Shown here one piece after another: positions 30,801-38,699 of a DNA stretch of 64,000 bases (position 1 is its first letter; each line of letters opens with the position of its first letter). Position numbers and translations under genes: made by a program. The DNA is from Candidatus Peregrinibacteria bacterium (lineage in GTDB: Bacteria > Patescibacteriota > Gracilibacteria > CAIRYL01 > GCA-016699755). The notes under the pieces were generated by a model, which was not told the origin of the DNA, did no database searches, and saw nothing but the letters and a program-made list of their open reading frames with translations. The stretch spans positions 1,320 through 65,319 of the forward strand of contig JANTGK010000002.1 of NCBI GenBank assembly GCA_024762935.1, written 5' to 3'.

Positions 30801-31790
30801 GAAGAGAAACAAGGAGTTCGGTTTTCTGGAAAGACTCTTCCCCATGCGAAAGTAGTGGTAGTTCTCCATTCACATCGACATTCAGTTGCTACTTCATCAG
30901 ATGAAAATGGAGTATTTTCATTTGTAGCACATCCAGACATACAGCCAGGAAACCATCAAGCAGATATGATTATTGCTTCTCAAGAAAAAGATATTTTTGT
31001 CATTCCTCAAAAAACGCAGGTGCGACTTACAAAAAATCACCATAAAAATATACTACACGATGTCTCTTTCGCGCTCGTCCTTCCAAATCCTACTGGGTCA
31101 GATGCTGAGCAGGAGACAGTAATATTACAAAACAATGAGGATGTTGCCGGATGGATTCGTGGAGTACGACTTCTTTCCCAATCAACTGAAAAGACTCTTC
31201 CAGATATGTATTTTAAACCGAGACAGCGAAAAATGATTCCTTCTGATAACCTGCCGAACCTCAATAATACAAAGGGTGAGTTGCGCCTCGTTCGTGCTGA
31301 TACACAACAAATGGATTCAATTTCTTGGAGCAAGGCAAAAGAGGGGCAGTGGTTTGGGGAGCAAGCACCGGTGTATGTCGCGCGAAGTAAGAAAAAGTCA
31401 AAGGCTTTTCGAAAAAAACCAGGAAATAAATCTCCATCAGAGATTGTATATCCCATGCATGAATATGTGGGTACGTTAGCATTCATTGAACAGGGACAAC
31501 TTGGGCTTCGCCACCCAGACGGAAAACTTATTCTCTATCGGATCGACAACTCTCTCTCCAGCGAGACACTCTCTGGCTTTTTAAGCAGTAACCAACAAAT
31601 ACGCATTCAAGTGCAAAATGGAGCAGTTATGGGAGTCGATCTCGCCCCTCAATCACAGGCTCCTGCTGCGAATGTGATGGAAAAAAGTTCAAATCTTCTT
31701 TTTGTCTTTCTTCTCTTGTTACTCTTTCTGGGGGCATCGACTCCCCTCTTGTATCGTTTTCTCTTTCAAAATAAATACGCTGAAGGATAA
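27879..31790 (+). CDS. 1303-aa surface protein with about six lamin-tail-domain (LTD)-like repeats, a calcium-binding TSP3-like motif and a C-terminal TM anchor
   Basis: Signal peptide. Repeated I/LSE(I/V)..NP....EWVEL...L.GW.NKLNN.GDSV modules. DSDHDGIPD motif. Hydrophobic C-terminal helix LLFVFLLLLLFLGA. Confidence 0.65.
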   Translation: MKKICSLVVAFFVFSSSLSSALAEEFIETPSPFDGVLLPDPEFVSEPEQAVISAEFGDIQISEILSNASTGEQEWVEIVSLVEDERSLAQFTLSDAVGVIFTFPEDAILAAHERVVLSGWANKLNNTGDSVVIKNSAGEIVTQEVTFPALSKEESWAFNGDQYLKTTLVTPGEENEFVSPEDPKSEEPVSTPEQDPHQTPETSPPLSPDIPYPDPGEVIISEVVSNPLENDQEWVELFSQSSQERSLKDCTLSDENGVIFTFRAESTLLPFEFLVLSGWGNKLNNTGDSVVLRSPDGKILAEALSFPPLEKGESWLPEEAKKGIPTKGEENILLLDEISNTPIPEVSPPIDEGDAVFPEVGDIFLSEIMSNPLEGDEWVELFSSAIEKIYVGGMGIYDEKGKIFTIPIGTVVEPGEFLVISGWKNKLNNDGDSVSVRLIDESIISEVDHFPSLEKGVSWAFDGQGFKKTGSPTPGQENVFTTPAKSSASSSGGSSTATGKKSSLVKTKAVTPSAGRESFQLQISEVLFRGAKEDYVELYCKECDLDLGGIRLADDDTVFEFPPETYVKSGEYVLVHFSKESQDDYYEDGVWHFWSQKKGLTATDETIFVLDSRGNVEDALCIANQNGDFSSGEKRDITQLIHQNVLKAHHPLDEEICFDSRKLQKDIALVFSGTKSLFASHDYFASTKMTPGQKNPLPPQHIRPNILSVSESFLLPNDTVVIKIQNGGTKLLPLGDFSLAYDSLQEDGLMHQESITLPDEILVPQEMKYIFLPNFSSGNVQIVDHWGDVFPTAEIVPSSPFLPGWGDIRLSEIFPNPEGADAGSEYIELLCESEQCNTDSVVPFVNSEKITIPETLLKKGETFLISDVSLRNTNLSLEVYDFSRKTLESVTIAHAPEGESYSMYADEFSWEAPTRGHQNMPADMHASTDSDHDGIPDVSEWLLDSNPFELDEKNSPVHKLFSAYVKKSASLTISEEKQGVRFSGKTLPHAKVVVVLHSHRHSVATSSDENGVFSFVAHPDIQPGNHQADMIIASQEKDIFVIPQKTQVRLTKNHHKNILHDVSFALVLPNPTGSDAEQETVILQNNEDVAGWIRGVRLLSQSTEKTLPDMYFKPRQRKMIPSDNLPNLNNTKGELRLVRADTQQMDSISWSKAKEGQWFGEQAPVYVARSKKKSKAFRKKPGNKSPSEIVYPMHEYVGTLAFIEQGQLGLRHPDGKLILYRIDNSLSSETLSGFLSSNQQIRIQVQNGAVMGVDLAPQSQAPAANVMEKSSNLLFVFLLLLLFLGASTPLLYRFLFQNKYAEG

Positions 31791-31850
31791 ATGAAGCGTT
31801 TGAATGTTTTCATGAAAAAAGATACAAATGGGGTACATATTTTGGTATAA

Positions 31851-32192
31851 ATGAAACAAGGGTGTATATTTTGCGGAATAATTGCAGGTGCTATCTCCTC
31901 AAGCAAAGTCTATGAGGATGATCAAGTTGTTGTTATTAATGATATTAATCCAAAGGCAAAAGTACATTTACTTATTTTGCCAAAAAGACACATTGACTCT
32001 GTTTCCGAATTGAGAGATCTCGATGAGCAGCTCATGGGACACATGATTTTTGTTGCAAAAAAAGTAGCTGATGAACAGAATCTTAAGGGGTACAAGCTCC
32101 TCTTAAACGTGAATAAAGAAGGAGGACAAGTAGTTTTTCACATTCATATGCATTTGCTTGGTGGTGGCCCTATCAAACTTTCAGAGTGTTAA
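31851..32192 (+). CDS. HIT-family nucleotide hydrolase (Hint-like)
   Basis: C.FC.I......S.VYED and the histidine triad HIHMHLLGG. Confidence 0.85.
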   Translation: MKQGCIFCGIIAGAISSSKVYEDDQVVVINDINPKAKVHLLILPKRHIDSVSELRDLDEQLMGHMIFVAKKVADEQNLKGYKLLLNVNKEGGQVVFHIHMHLLGGGPIKLSEC

Positions 32193-32275
32193 TGGGGAGC
32201 AAAAGATGGACAAGAGTTTCACGTATTTATGAGAATGATTTTTAGTACCATTAAGCAGCCTTTCTTGAAGACTCT

Positions 32276-33346
32276 ATGAATCATCGTCTTTCCAAACTGA
32301 GAGAATCCTTACAAAGTGGTCACAGAGATGCTGTGCTCCTGTCTGATTCATTCTCTGTTCAATTTTTTAGTGGTTTTTCTAGTAGTAATGCGTTGTATTT
32401 GATTACTGGTACAAAAGAAATTTTCATAACCGATCCCCGATATCTTTCTGGAGCAAAAGAGTTTTTTTGTTCTTCAGAGGTTGAGGTGCGAAACTTCCCC
32501 AAAAAGGAAGAGTGGAAGAATTTTTTTCAGGAATTAGGTGTTACAAAATTGGGAATTGAAATGAGCAAAGTATTGGTGACAACATTTCGTCAGTGGGAAG
32601 AGAGTTTTTTTCTTCAGCTAGAGGATTTTTCTCCTGTTGCAGAAAAGATCCGCGCAGAAAAATCTACAAGTGAGATTGTTGCTGCTCAAAAAGCAGCCAG
32701 TATTGCAGATGAGGCTCTCAAAAAAGTACTTCCACTATTGCAGCCAGGTATCTCAGAAAAAGCATTCTCGTGGGAACTCGAAAAAGCAGGTCGAGAGCTC
32801 GGAGCAGAGAAGGTCTCCTTTGAAGCGATTGTGGCTTTTGGTGAGCACTCCGCGGTGCCACATCATTCTCCGACAGAGCGAGTTCTCCAAAAAAATGATG
32901 CAATTCTCATTGACTGGGGATTTATTGCTGATGGGTTTTGCAGTGACTGTACTCGATGTTTTTTTATGGGAGAGCCGAGTGATGAGTGGATAAAAACGTA
33001 CAAAAAAGTCCTTGCGGCTCAACAGGCAGGTATTACCGCAATGCTCCCCGGAAAAGAAATAGCGAACGTTCAACAGGTGACAGAAGATGTTCTCGGAGAA
33101 AAAATGTTACATAGCTTTGGTCATGGGGTCGGAGTTGAGGTACATGAATTTCCGGGCATCTCGACAAAATCAAATGATATGTTTATCAAAAATATGCTCG
33201 TAACTGCTGAACCAGGCCTTTATCGAGCAAGAGAGTTTGGCATTCGAATTGAAGACATCGGAGTAATTGAAAAAAATGGATTCCGAAGTCTGACAAAATT
33301 CCCAAAAAATATTGAAAGTACTCTTTTGCAAAAGAATGAAAAGTAA
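32276..33346 (+). CDS. M24B Xaa-Pro aminopeptidase/dipeptidase
   Basis: Creatinase-like N-domain plus pita-bread domain, with HSFGHGVGVEVHE and EPGLY...GIRIED metal-ligand motifs. Confidence 0.8.
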   Translation: MNHRLSKLRESLQSGHRDAVLLSDSFSVQFFSGFSSSNALYLITGTKEIFITDPRYLSGAKEFFCSSEVEVRNFPKKEEWKNFFQELGVTKLGIEMSKVLVTTFRQWEESFFLQLEDFSPVAEKIRAEKSTSEIVAAQKAASIADEALKKVLPLLQPGISEKAFSWELEKAGRELGAEKVSFEAIVAFGEHSAVPHHSPTERVLQKNDAILIDWGFIADGFCSDCTRCFFMGEPSDEWIKTYKKVLAAQQAGITAMLPGKEIANVQQVTEDVLGEKMLHSFGHGVGVEVHEFPGISTKSNDMFIKNMLVTAEPGLYRAREFGIRIEDIGVIEKNGFRSLTKFPKNIESTLLQKNEK

Positions 33347-33839
33347 GATTTTCATTGCCATTTTTTTTGTTCTTTTCTTGGGGTGTATTGCACCATTTTT
33401 TCTTACTTCAGCGGTATCTCCTGACCTTCAGAGCCGGGCGATGGTTACCCATGTGATAGATGGTGATACATTTGATGTCCTGATAGGGGATAGGCAAGAG
33501 AGAGTTCGTATTCTTGGGATAGATACCCCAGAGCTCAAAAAAGGGCGAAAACGATCATGTTATGGGCAAGAGGCATATGTCTTTGCTCGCAATATTCTTT
33601 CTGGACAAGAAGTACTCCTTATTCGGGATGAATTATCAAAAGAGAAGGATAAATATGGTAGACTTTTGCGAACAGTAAAAGTACAGGGAAGATATGATCT
33701 CTCTGTTCTTCTTTTGGCGACGGGGTATGCGGCTGTGTACGAATATGAAGATTTTCATAAAAAATCGTATTACAAAAAACTAGAGAGGTTTGCACAAAAA
33801 CGCGGTTTTGGAATTTGGAGTGATTCATGTCGTGAGTAA
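33336..33839 (+). CDS. Secreted thermonuclease (SNase) family nuclease
   Basis: Signal/anchor helix, then V.HVIDGDTFDV...RVRILGIDTPE...YGR.L. ATG 33336 preferred; overlaps the upstream stop by 11 nt. Confidence 0.75.
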   Translation: MKSKIFIAIFFVLFLGCIAPFFLTSAVSPDLQSRAMVTHVIDGDTFDVLIGDRQERVRILGIDTPELKKGRKRSCYGQEAYVFARNILSGQEVLLIRDELSKEKDKYGRLLRTVKVQGRYDLSVLLLATGYAAVYEYEDFHKKSYYKKLERFAQKRGFGIWSDSCRE

Positions 33840-34030
33840 AGAGTTCTCATATTTGAAAAAAGACTAACGCTATTTTCATTTGTTTTGTCCTCCATTACAC
33901 ATTCGTCTTATTAAAGCCGACTGCTCCATTACGGAAAAGGGATTTTTTGAAATCATTTAAAAATAACTCCCGTTATTTTTTCTGATTTCTCCTCCGCTCC
34001 ATGCCTTCCTATCGGAAGTCATTTCCGCTG

Positions 34031-34076
34031 CGGAACAAAAATCTCGCATTTGTCTCGGAACGGAAATCTCGCATTT
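34031..34076 (+). repeat. Two tandem 21-nt direct repeats (25-nt period) upstream of the P-type ATPase
   Basis: CGGAACAAAAATCTCGCATTT (34031-34051) and CGGAACGGAAATCTCGCATTT (34056-34076) match at 19 of 21 positions. Confidence 0.7.
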
Positions 34077-34131
34077 ATATGTAGTAATTTTGTATGAAAA
34101 ATGTCATAATAAAAGGAATATTTTTAGAGGA

Positions 34132-36681
34132 ATGCATTTTTCGGAAAAACCCATAGAAGTCATTATGAATGAGCTTGATACATCTCAGTCAGGCTTAAAA
34201 CAGCACGAAGTGAAAAAGAGACTCCAAAAATATGGAAAAAATATTCTCCCACACAAAAAGAAGAGTCTTATAAAGATGTTTTTTCTTCAGTTCCATAGTC
34301 CTCTTATCTATATTCTTCTGGCCGCAGTGATTATCTCGATTTCGGTTCCCATTCTTCAAAATGGGCATCTTGGAATTCATGATTTCATTGATCCAATAGC
34401 CATTTTTATAGTGCTTTTTCTCAATGCAGTTTTTGGATTTTTTCAAGAGATGAAGGCGGAGAATACTTTGGAGGCATTAAAAAATATGCAGCCAAATATC
34501 TCAACAGTTATTCGAGGGGGGAAAAAAATACAAATCAATCGGACTCAACTCGTTCCGGGAGATATTCTTTCTCTCTCTGAGGGAGATAAGATTCCTGCTG
34601 ATGCTCGAATTATAGAATCTCATAAGGTGAAAGTAATTGAATCCGCACTAACGGGCGAGTCGTCTTCAGTGAGTAAAGATTCTCAATGGATTGGCTCGGG
34701 AGCGCTGGGCGATTTAAAAAATATGGTTTTTTCAGGAACATCGATTGCAATGGGAAGAATGACGGCGGTTGTTGTTTCTACGGGAGTTCAAACAGAAATG
34801 GGAAAGATTGCCCTTCTTATTACGCAAGCAAAGAGCCCAAAAACCCCTCTGGAAAAGAGATTAGAAAAACTTGGGAAACAAATCGGTATCGTCGTCATTG
34901 CCCTCTGCGGAATAGTCTTTGCTCTTTCATACCATCAGGGGCTTGGGTTTGCAGATGCTCTTATCACTGCAGTAGCTCTGGCAGTATCTGCTGTTCCAGA
35001 AGGATTACCCGCCGTTATGACCATTTCTCTTGCTGTTGGTGTAGGACTTATGGCGAAGAAAAAAGCCCTCGTACGAGAGCTCAGAGCAGTGGAGACACTC
35101 GGAAGCGTTACAGTAATAGCATCCGATAAGACAGGGACGATTACTGAGAATAAAATGAAGGTGGTCGCTGCATTTTTAGAAGACAAACATATTACAACAG
35201 ATGACTTGAGTGAGTTGGGAACATCCGAAACGGGAAAGCGAATGCTGGAAGTAGCAGCGAGCTGCAATGATGCTGAGCTTCCAAATTTGGGAGATCCAAC
35301 AGAGGTCGCCCTTCTTTCTCTTGCAGATCGTTTTTTTGTTTCTCCGAGAAGGAGACTTGATGAAACACCTTTTTCCAGTGAAACAAAGTGGATGGGAACA
35401 AATCATAAAATTGATGGAAAGGAGTATGAGTTTATTAAGGGCGCTCCAGAAGTGGTATCCACGTTTTGTAAGTCATCTGTCCAGAAAGAAATTGAACAAG
35501 GTGCCATCACTATGGCCAAAAGAGGGCTCAGAACAATCGCTGTTGCTATTCGAGAAAAAAAGAAGAAAAAAGCAGAATTTCTTGGGATATTTGGACTTCT
35601 AGATCCACCTCGAAAAACAGCTCGTTCAGCCATAGAAAAGGCACAAGGTGCAGGTATTCGAACCGTTATGATTACCGGAGACCATGCTATTACTGCTGGT
35701 ACAATTGCTAAAAAAGTAGGTATTATGGGGCGCGTAATTGAGGGGGAAGAAATCGAAAAAATGCCAGATGTTCAGTTACAAAAAGCAACAGAAGAGGTAA
35801 ATATTTTTGCAAGAGTCTCACCAGAACACAAAGTGAGGATATGTAAGGCATTACAGAAAAATGGACATGTTGTTGCCATGACAGGAGATGGTGTGAATGA
35901 TGCTCCTGCTATTTATCAGGCAGAAGTCGGTGTCTCTATGGGAAAAGTCGGTACAAGTGTCGCCCGGCAAGCGAGTGACTTGGTTTTGCTTGATGATCGG
36001 TACGCAACGATTGTTGCGGGTGTGGAAGAAGGGCGGCGAATCTTTTCAAATATTAAAAAGTCTGTTTCATTTTTGATGCGGACAAACTTTGATGAAGTAT
36101 TTCTTATTCTAGCCTGTTCTTTTTTCGCACTTCCTCTCCCCGTTCTTCCGATTCATATCCTCTTCTTAAATCTTCTGACTGACTCTTTTCCAGCACTCTC
36201 TCTTGCCATGGAACCAGCCGAGGAAGGCTCCATGAAGCAAAAGCCTCGGCCGCTAAAAAATGGATTCCTTCATGGACAAATGGGTTTTATTCTTGCTATC
36301 GGGCTGTTGGGGGCATTCACAGAGTTTTGTATCTTTTATTTCTTTTACGAACGCCTCCCTCTTCCCCAAGTACAGACACTCGTTTTTTCAACACTTATCC
36401 TTGCGGAGTTAGCACTTATTTTTTCTGTGCGAACGGACACACCTTTTCTGCATCAGAAACATCATATTTCAAAGAATCCATGGGTATTTCGATCGGTTGT
36501 TTTAGCAGGAATCTTTCTCCTCTTGGGAATTTTCAGTCCACTTCATATTATTCTGAAGCTCGAGCCTTTTCCTGTACTGCTTTGGAGTGTCCCCATTATA
36601 AATGCAGGATTCTTCTTCTTTCTTTCAGAATTTATCAAGAGTGTGTCTTGGAAGCGGCAGTACAAGGTTTCTGTCTCTTAA
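34132..36681 (+). CDS. P-type cation-transporting ATPase, P2 (Ca2+-ATPase-like) subtype
   Basis: DKTGTITENKM phosphorylation motif, PEGLPAV in M4, TGDGVNDAPA hinge, and about 10 TM segments. ATG 34132 preferred; the track starts at TTG 34090. Confidence 0.85.
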   Translation: MHFSEKPIEVIMNELDTSQSGLKQHEVKKRLQKYGKNILPHKKKSLIKMFFLQFHSPLIYILLAAVIISISVPILQNGHLGIHDFIDPIAIFIVLFLNAVFGFFQEMKAENTLEALKNMQPNISTVIRGGKKIQINRTQLVPGDILSLSEGDKIPADARIIESHKVKVIESALTGESSSVSKDSQWIGSGALGDLKNMVFSGTSIAMGRMTAVVVSTGVQTEMGKIALLITQAKSPKTPLEKRLEKLGKQIGIVVIALCGIVFALSYHQGLGFADALITAVALAVSAVPEGLPAVMTISLAVGVGLMAKKKALVRELRAVETLGSVTVIASDKTGTITENKMKVVAAFLEDKHITTDDLSELGTSETGKRMLEVAASCNDAELPNLGDPTEVALLSLADRFFVSPRRRLDETPFSSETKWMGTNHKIDGKEYEFIKGAPEVVSTFCKSSVQKEIEQGAITMAKRGLRTIAVAIREKKKKKAEFLGIFGLLDPPRKTARSAIEKAQGAGIRTVMITGDHAITAGTIAKKVGIMGRVIEGEEIEKMPDVQLQKATEEVNIFARVSPEHKVRICKALQKNGHVVAMTGDGVNDAPAIYQAEVGVSMGKVGTSVARQASDLVLLDDRYATIVAGVEEGRRIFSNIKKSVSFLMRTNFDEVFLILACSFFALPLPVLPIHILFLNLLTDSFPALSLAMEPAEEGSMKQKPRPLKNGFLHGQMGFILAIGLLGAFTEFCIFYFFYERLPLPQVQTLVFSTLILAELALIFSVRTDTPFLHQKHHISKNPWVFRSVVLAGIFLLLGIFSPLHIILKLEPFPVLLWSVPIINAGFFFFLSEFIKSVSWKRQYKVSVS

Positions 36682-36703
36682 AAAACGATCTTTAGAAGCT
36701 CTT

Positions 36704-37909
36704 TTATTGGCAAATCTCTTGTTGCTTGTTTGCGATTTCGGCAGCTAAGTGAGTAGTAATATAAAACTGTTTTTTCTCCTTGTTGACAGCAATTCCCACT
36801 CCAATCTTTGTAAAGCTGGGGTTAAAAATGGCGTTGTAGTGCGGTCGTGAGCTGAGATTTTTTTCTCGGATATAAAACTCAAATATCTCTCGAATTTTAG
36901 TAATCATTTCAGCAGTACAATCACTTTTTTGACAATTCCAAGATCCATATCCAATATTTTCAGTAAAGGTAAATCCATTAACATTCGTAAATTCAATGCC
37001 TTGGTCACGAAACCACTGAGTGATGGCATCATAGTCGTAATATGCTTTTTGACCGGGGCGTTGATGGTTTATGACACCCTGCTGTGCAGAATATTCTGAC
37101 CAAAAGGTTGCTGTTCTACTGAGGTATTCATCGAGTCGGTATGCGGGAAGTTTTGCGCTTCTTCGTTCATCATTATACCATGAGAGCCATGTCTCGCGTA
37201 CTGTATCCATGTCGACACCCAAAATATTTTGGGAATCAAATGGCAGACAGTTAGAATCCATTATCATACTTCCGGGTTTAAAATTTTTATTGGTTACCTT
37301 GTTTTTTAATCTCCAGACAAGTTCCGACATATCACTTCGAGTGATCTGGTAATGAAGCCCTGTTATTGTCGGAGGAATAGCTCGTTTTTTAGAGAGGGCA
37401 TTTATGTATCCGGTATACCACTCTCCCTCGGTATTATTTACCGGAAGTTGAAAGGTTTGAGCAAGAATTTTGGCAACAGCAGGAAACGCAATTTTTTTTT
37501 CAGGACCAAATGTACCATCTGGAAAACCACTAATAATACCTCTGTTTTTTGCAACACAAACGTATGGAGCAAACCATTCCCCTAAAGGAACGTCTGAAAA
37601 GTACACATATGGACTATCAAGGAGTCCGTGTGATTTGATGCATGTATCAATTTCTTCTTGAGGAACTTGTGAACCAATAACAATCTTCGTAAATGCCGCT
37701 CGGCTGATAGTATTCTCTGGACGAAAGGAGTCATCATCAAAACCGGTAATGATTCCATTCTCTGCAAGATATTGAATAGCCTCATAATTTTCATGAGACT
37801 GAGGGACATCAAAAAACTTTAAAATGGCCTTGCTCTCAACGGGAATAAAAAAGACACAAAGGAGGAAGAAATAGCCAATAGTAATGTTCTTTTTCATGAC
37901 AAAATGCAC
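36704..37909 (-). CDS. Secreted protein: N-terminal SLH triad + C-terminal CAP/SCP (PR-1-like) domain
   Basis: Signal peptide. Three SLH repeats (ISRAAFTKIVIG; WFAPYVCVAKNRGIISGFPDG; ITRSDMSELVWRL). The C-terminal region has ...HYNAIFNP.FTKIGVGIA..., typical of CAP domains. Confidence 0.65.
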   Translation of the reverse strand: MHFVMKKNITIGYFFLLCVFFIPVESKAILKFFDVPQSHENYEAIQYLAENGIITGFDDDSFRPENTISRAAFTKIVIGSQVPQEEIDTCIKSHGLLDSPYVYFSDVPLGEWFAPYVCVAKNRGIISGFPDGTFGPEKKIAFPAVAKILAQTFQLPVNNTEGEWYTGYINALSKKRAIPPTITGLHYQITRSDMSELVWRLKNKVTNKNFKPGSMIMDSNCLPFDSQNILGVDMDTVRETWLSWYNDERRSAKLPAYRLDEYLSRTATFWSEYSAQQGVINHQRPGQKAYYDYDAITQWFRDQGIEFTNVNGFTFTENIGYGSWNCQKSDCTAEMITKIREIFEFYIREKNLSSRPHYNAIFNPSFTKIGVGIAVNKEKKQFYITTHLAAEIANKQQEICQ

Positions 37910-38076
37910 ACCTTTTCATTTTAGAGTATGACAAAATTTTTCAAAAAAATCGAGAAAAACAACGAGTGGACCTCTTCATTCTTGTGAAATGAGAATAGGT
38001 TCATGAGAAGAGGTAAAGAAAATATCTCGACAAGAGACAGAAATACTGACACAATCGAGATGTATTTTAATTCTCT

Positions 38077-38580
38077 TTGGAAAGCTACATTACACGAGAA
38101 GAGGCTGCTGATTGTTTAGGTGTTTCAACACGAACACTAGATCGGTATGTACGAAAAAAAATCTTAAAATCTCATAGGAGAGGAAGAAGGACAATGTTCC
38201 TTCGTCTCGATGTCGAGTCTGTAATCGAAACCCCTACTCCACAGTCACATGTTGTATCTGAAGTTCAAGAAACTCTTCCTACTAAACAAGATCCTGACAT
38301 TGCAGCACTCGTAAGTCTTACGACAAAAATGCATCATGAACTCCAACAAAAGGAGTCGGAAATTTCTCGATTACATTTTCAGTTGGGGAAGTATCAGGAG
38401 ATTTCAAAAAATAGTATTCCGCTTTTAGAAGCGAAAAATAAAGAAAGAATAGATGAAAAACAAATTACAACTCTTAAACGAGAGGTTCGTTCAGTCCGTT
38501 CCGGGCGATTCTTCTTTTTCGTTCTTTCTGCTCTTTTATTGGGGGCTGTGGGAATTCTCTCAAGTCTTCTTTTTTACTGA
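38077..38580 (+). CDS. Excisionase/MerR-type HTH protein with a coiled coil and a C-terminal TM anchor
   Basis: ITREEAADCLGVSTRTLDRYVRKK HTH_17-like motif, a heptad-rich middle, and a terminal hydrophobic helix FFFFVLSALLLGAVGILSSLLF. TTG start. Confidence 0.5.
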   Translation: MESYITREEAADCLGVSTRTLDRYVRKKILKSHRRGRRTMFLRLDVESVIETPTPQSHVVSEVQETLPTKQDPDIAALVSLTTKMHHELQQKESEISRLHFQLGKYQEISKNSIPLLEAKNKERIDEKQITTLKREVRSVRSGRFFFFVLSALLLGAVGILSSLLFY

Positions 38581-38699
38581 TTTTCTTTATATTTCATAAG
38601 AGAAAAAGAGTAAAAAATCCTCAATCCTTTTTAGAAAAAGCTTGCAAAATATATTTTTATTCCTTATAAATATATCCTTTTTTCTCTCTTCCTGTTTTT

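Noticed and set aside
33840-34089. Mg2+ (M-box) or other riboswitch in the P-type ATPase leader.
   Set aside because: I could not identify the conserved M-box helices or any riboswitch core. Only the direct repeats are reported. An Rfam scan is needed for a definitive answer.
38581-38699. glmS ribozyme upstream of glmS.
   Set aside because: Only about 119 nt of very AT-rich sequence are available. It lacks the GC-rich pseudoknotted core expected for the glmS ribozyme.
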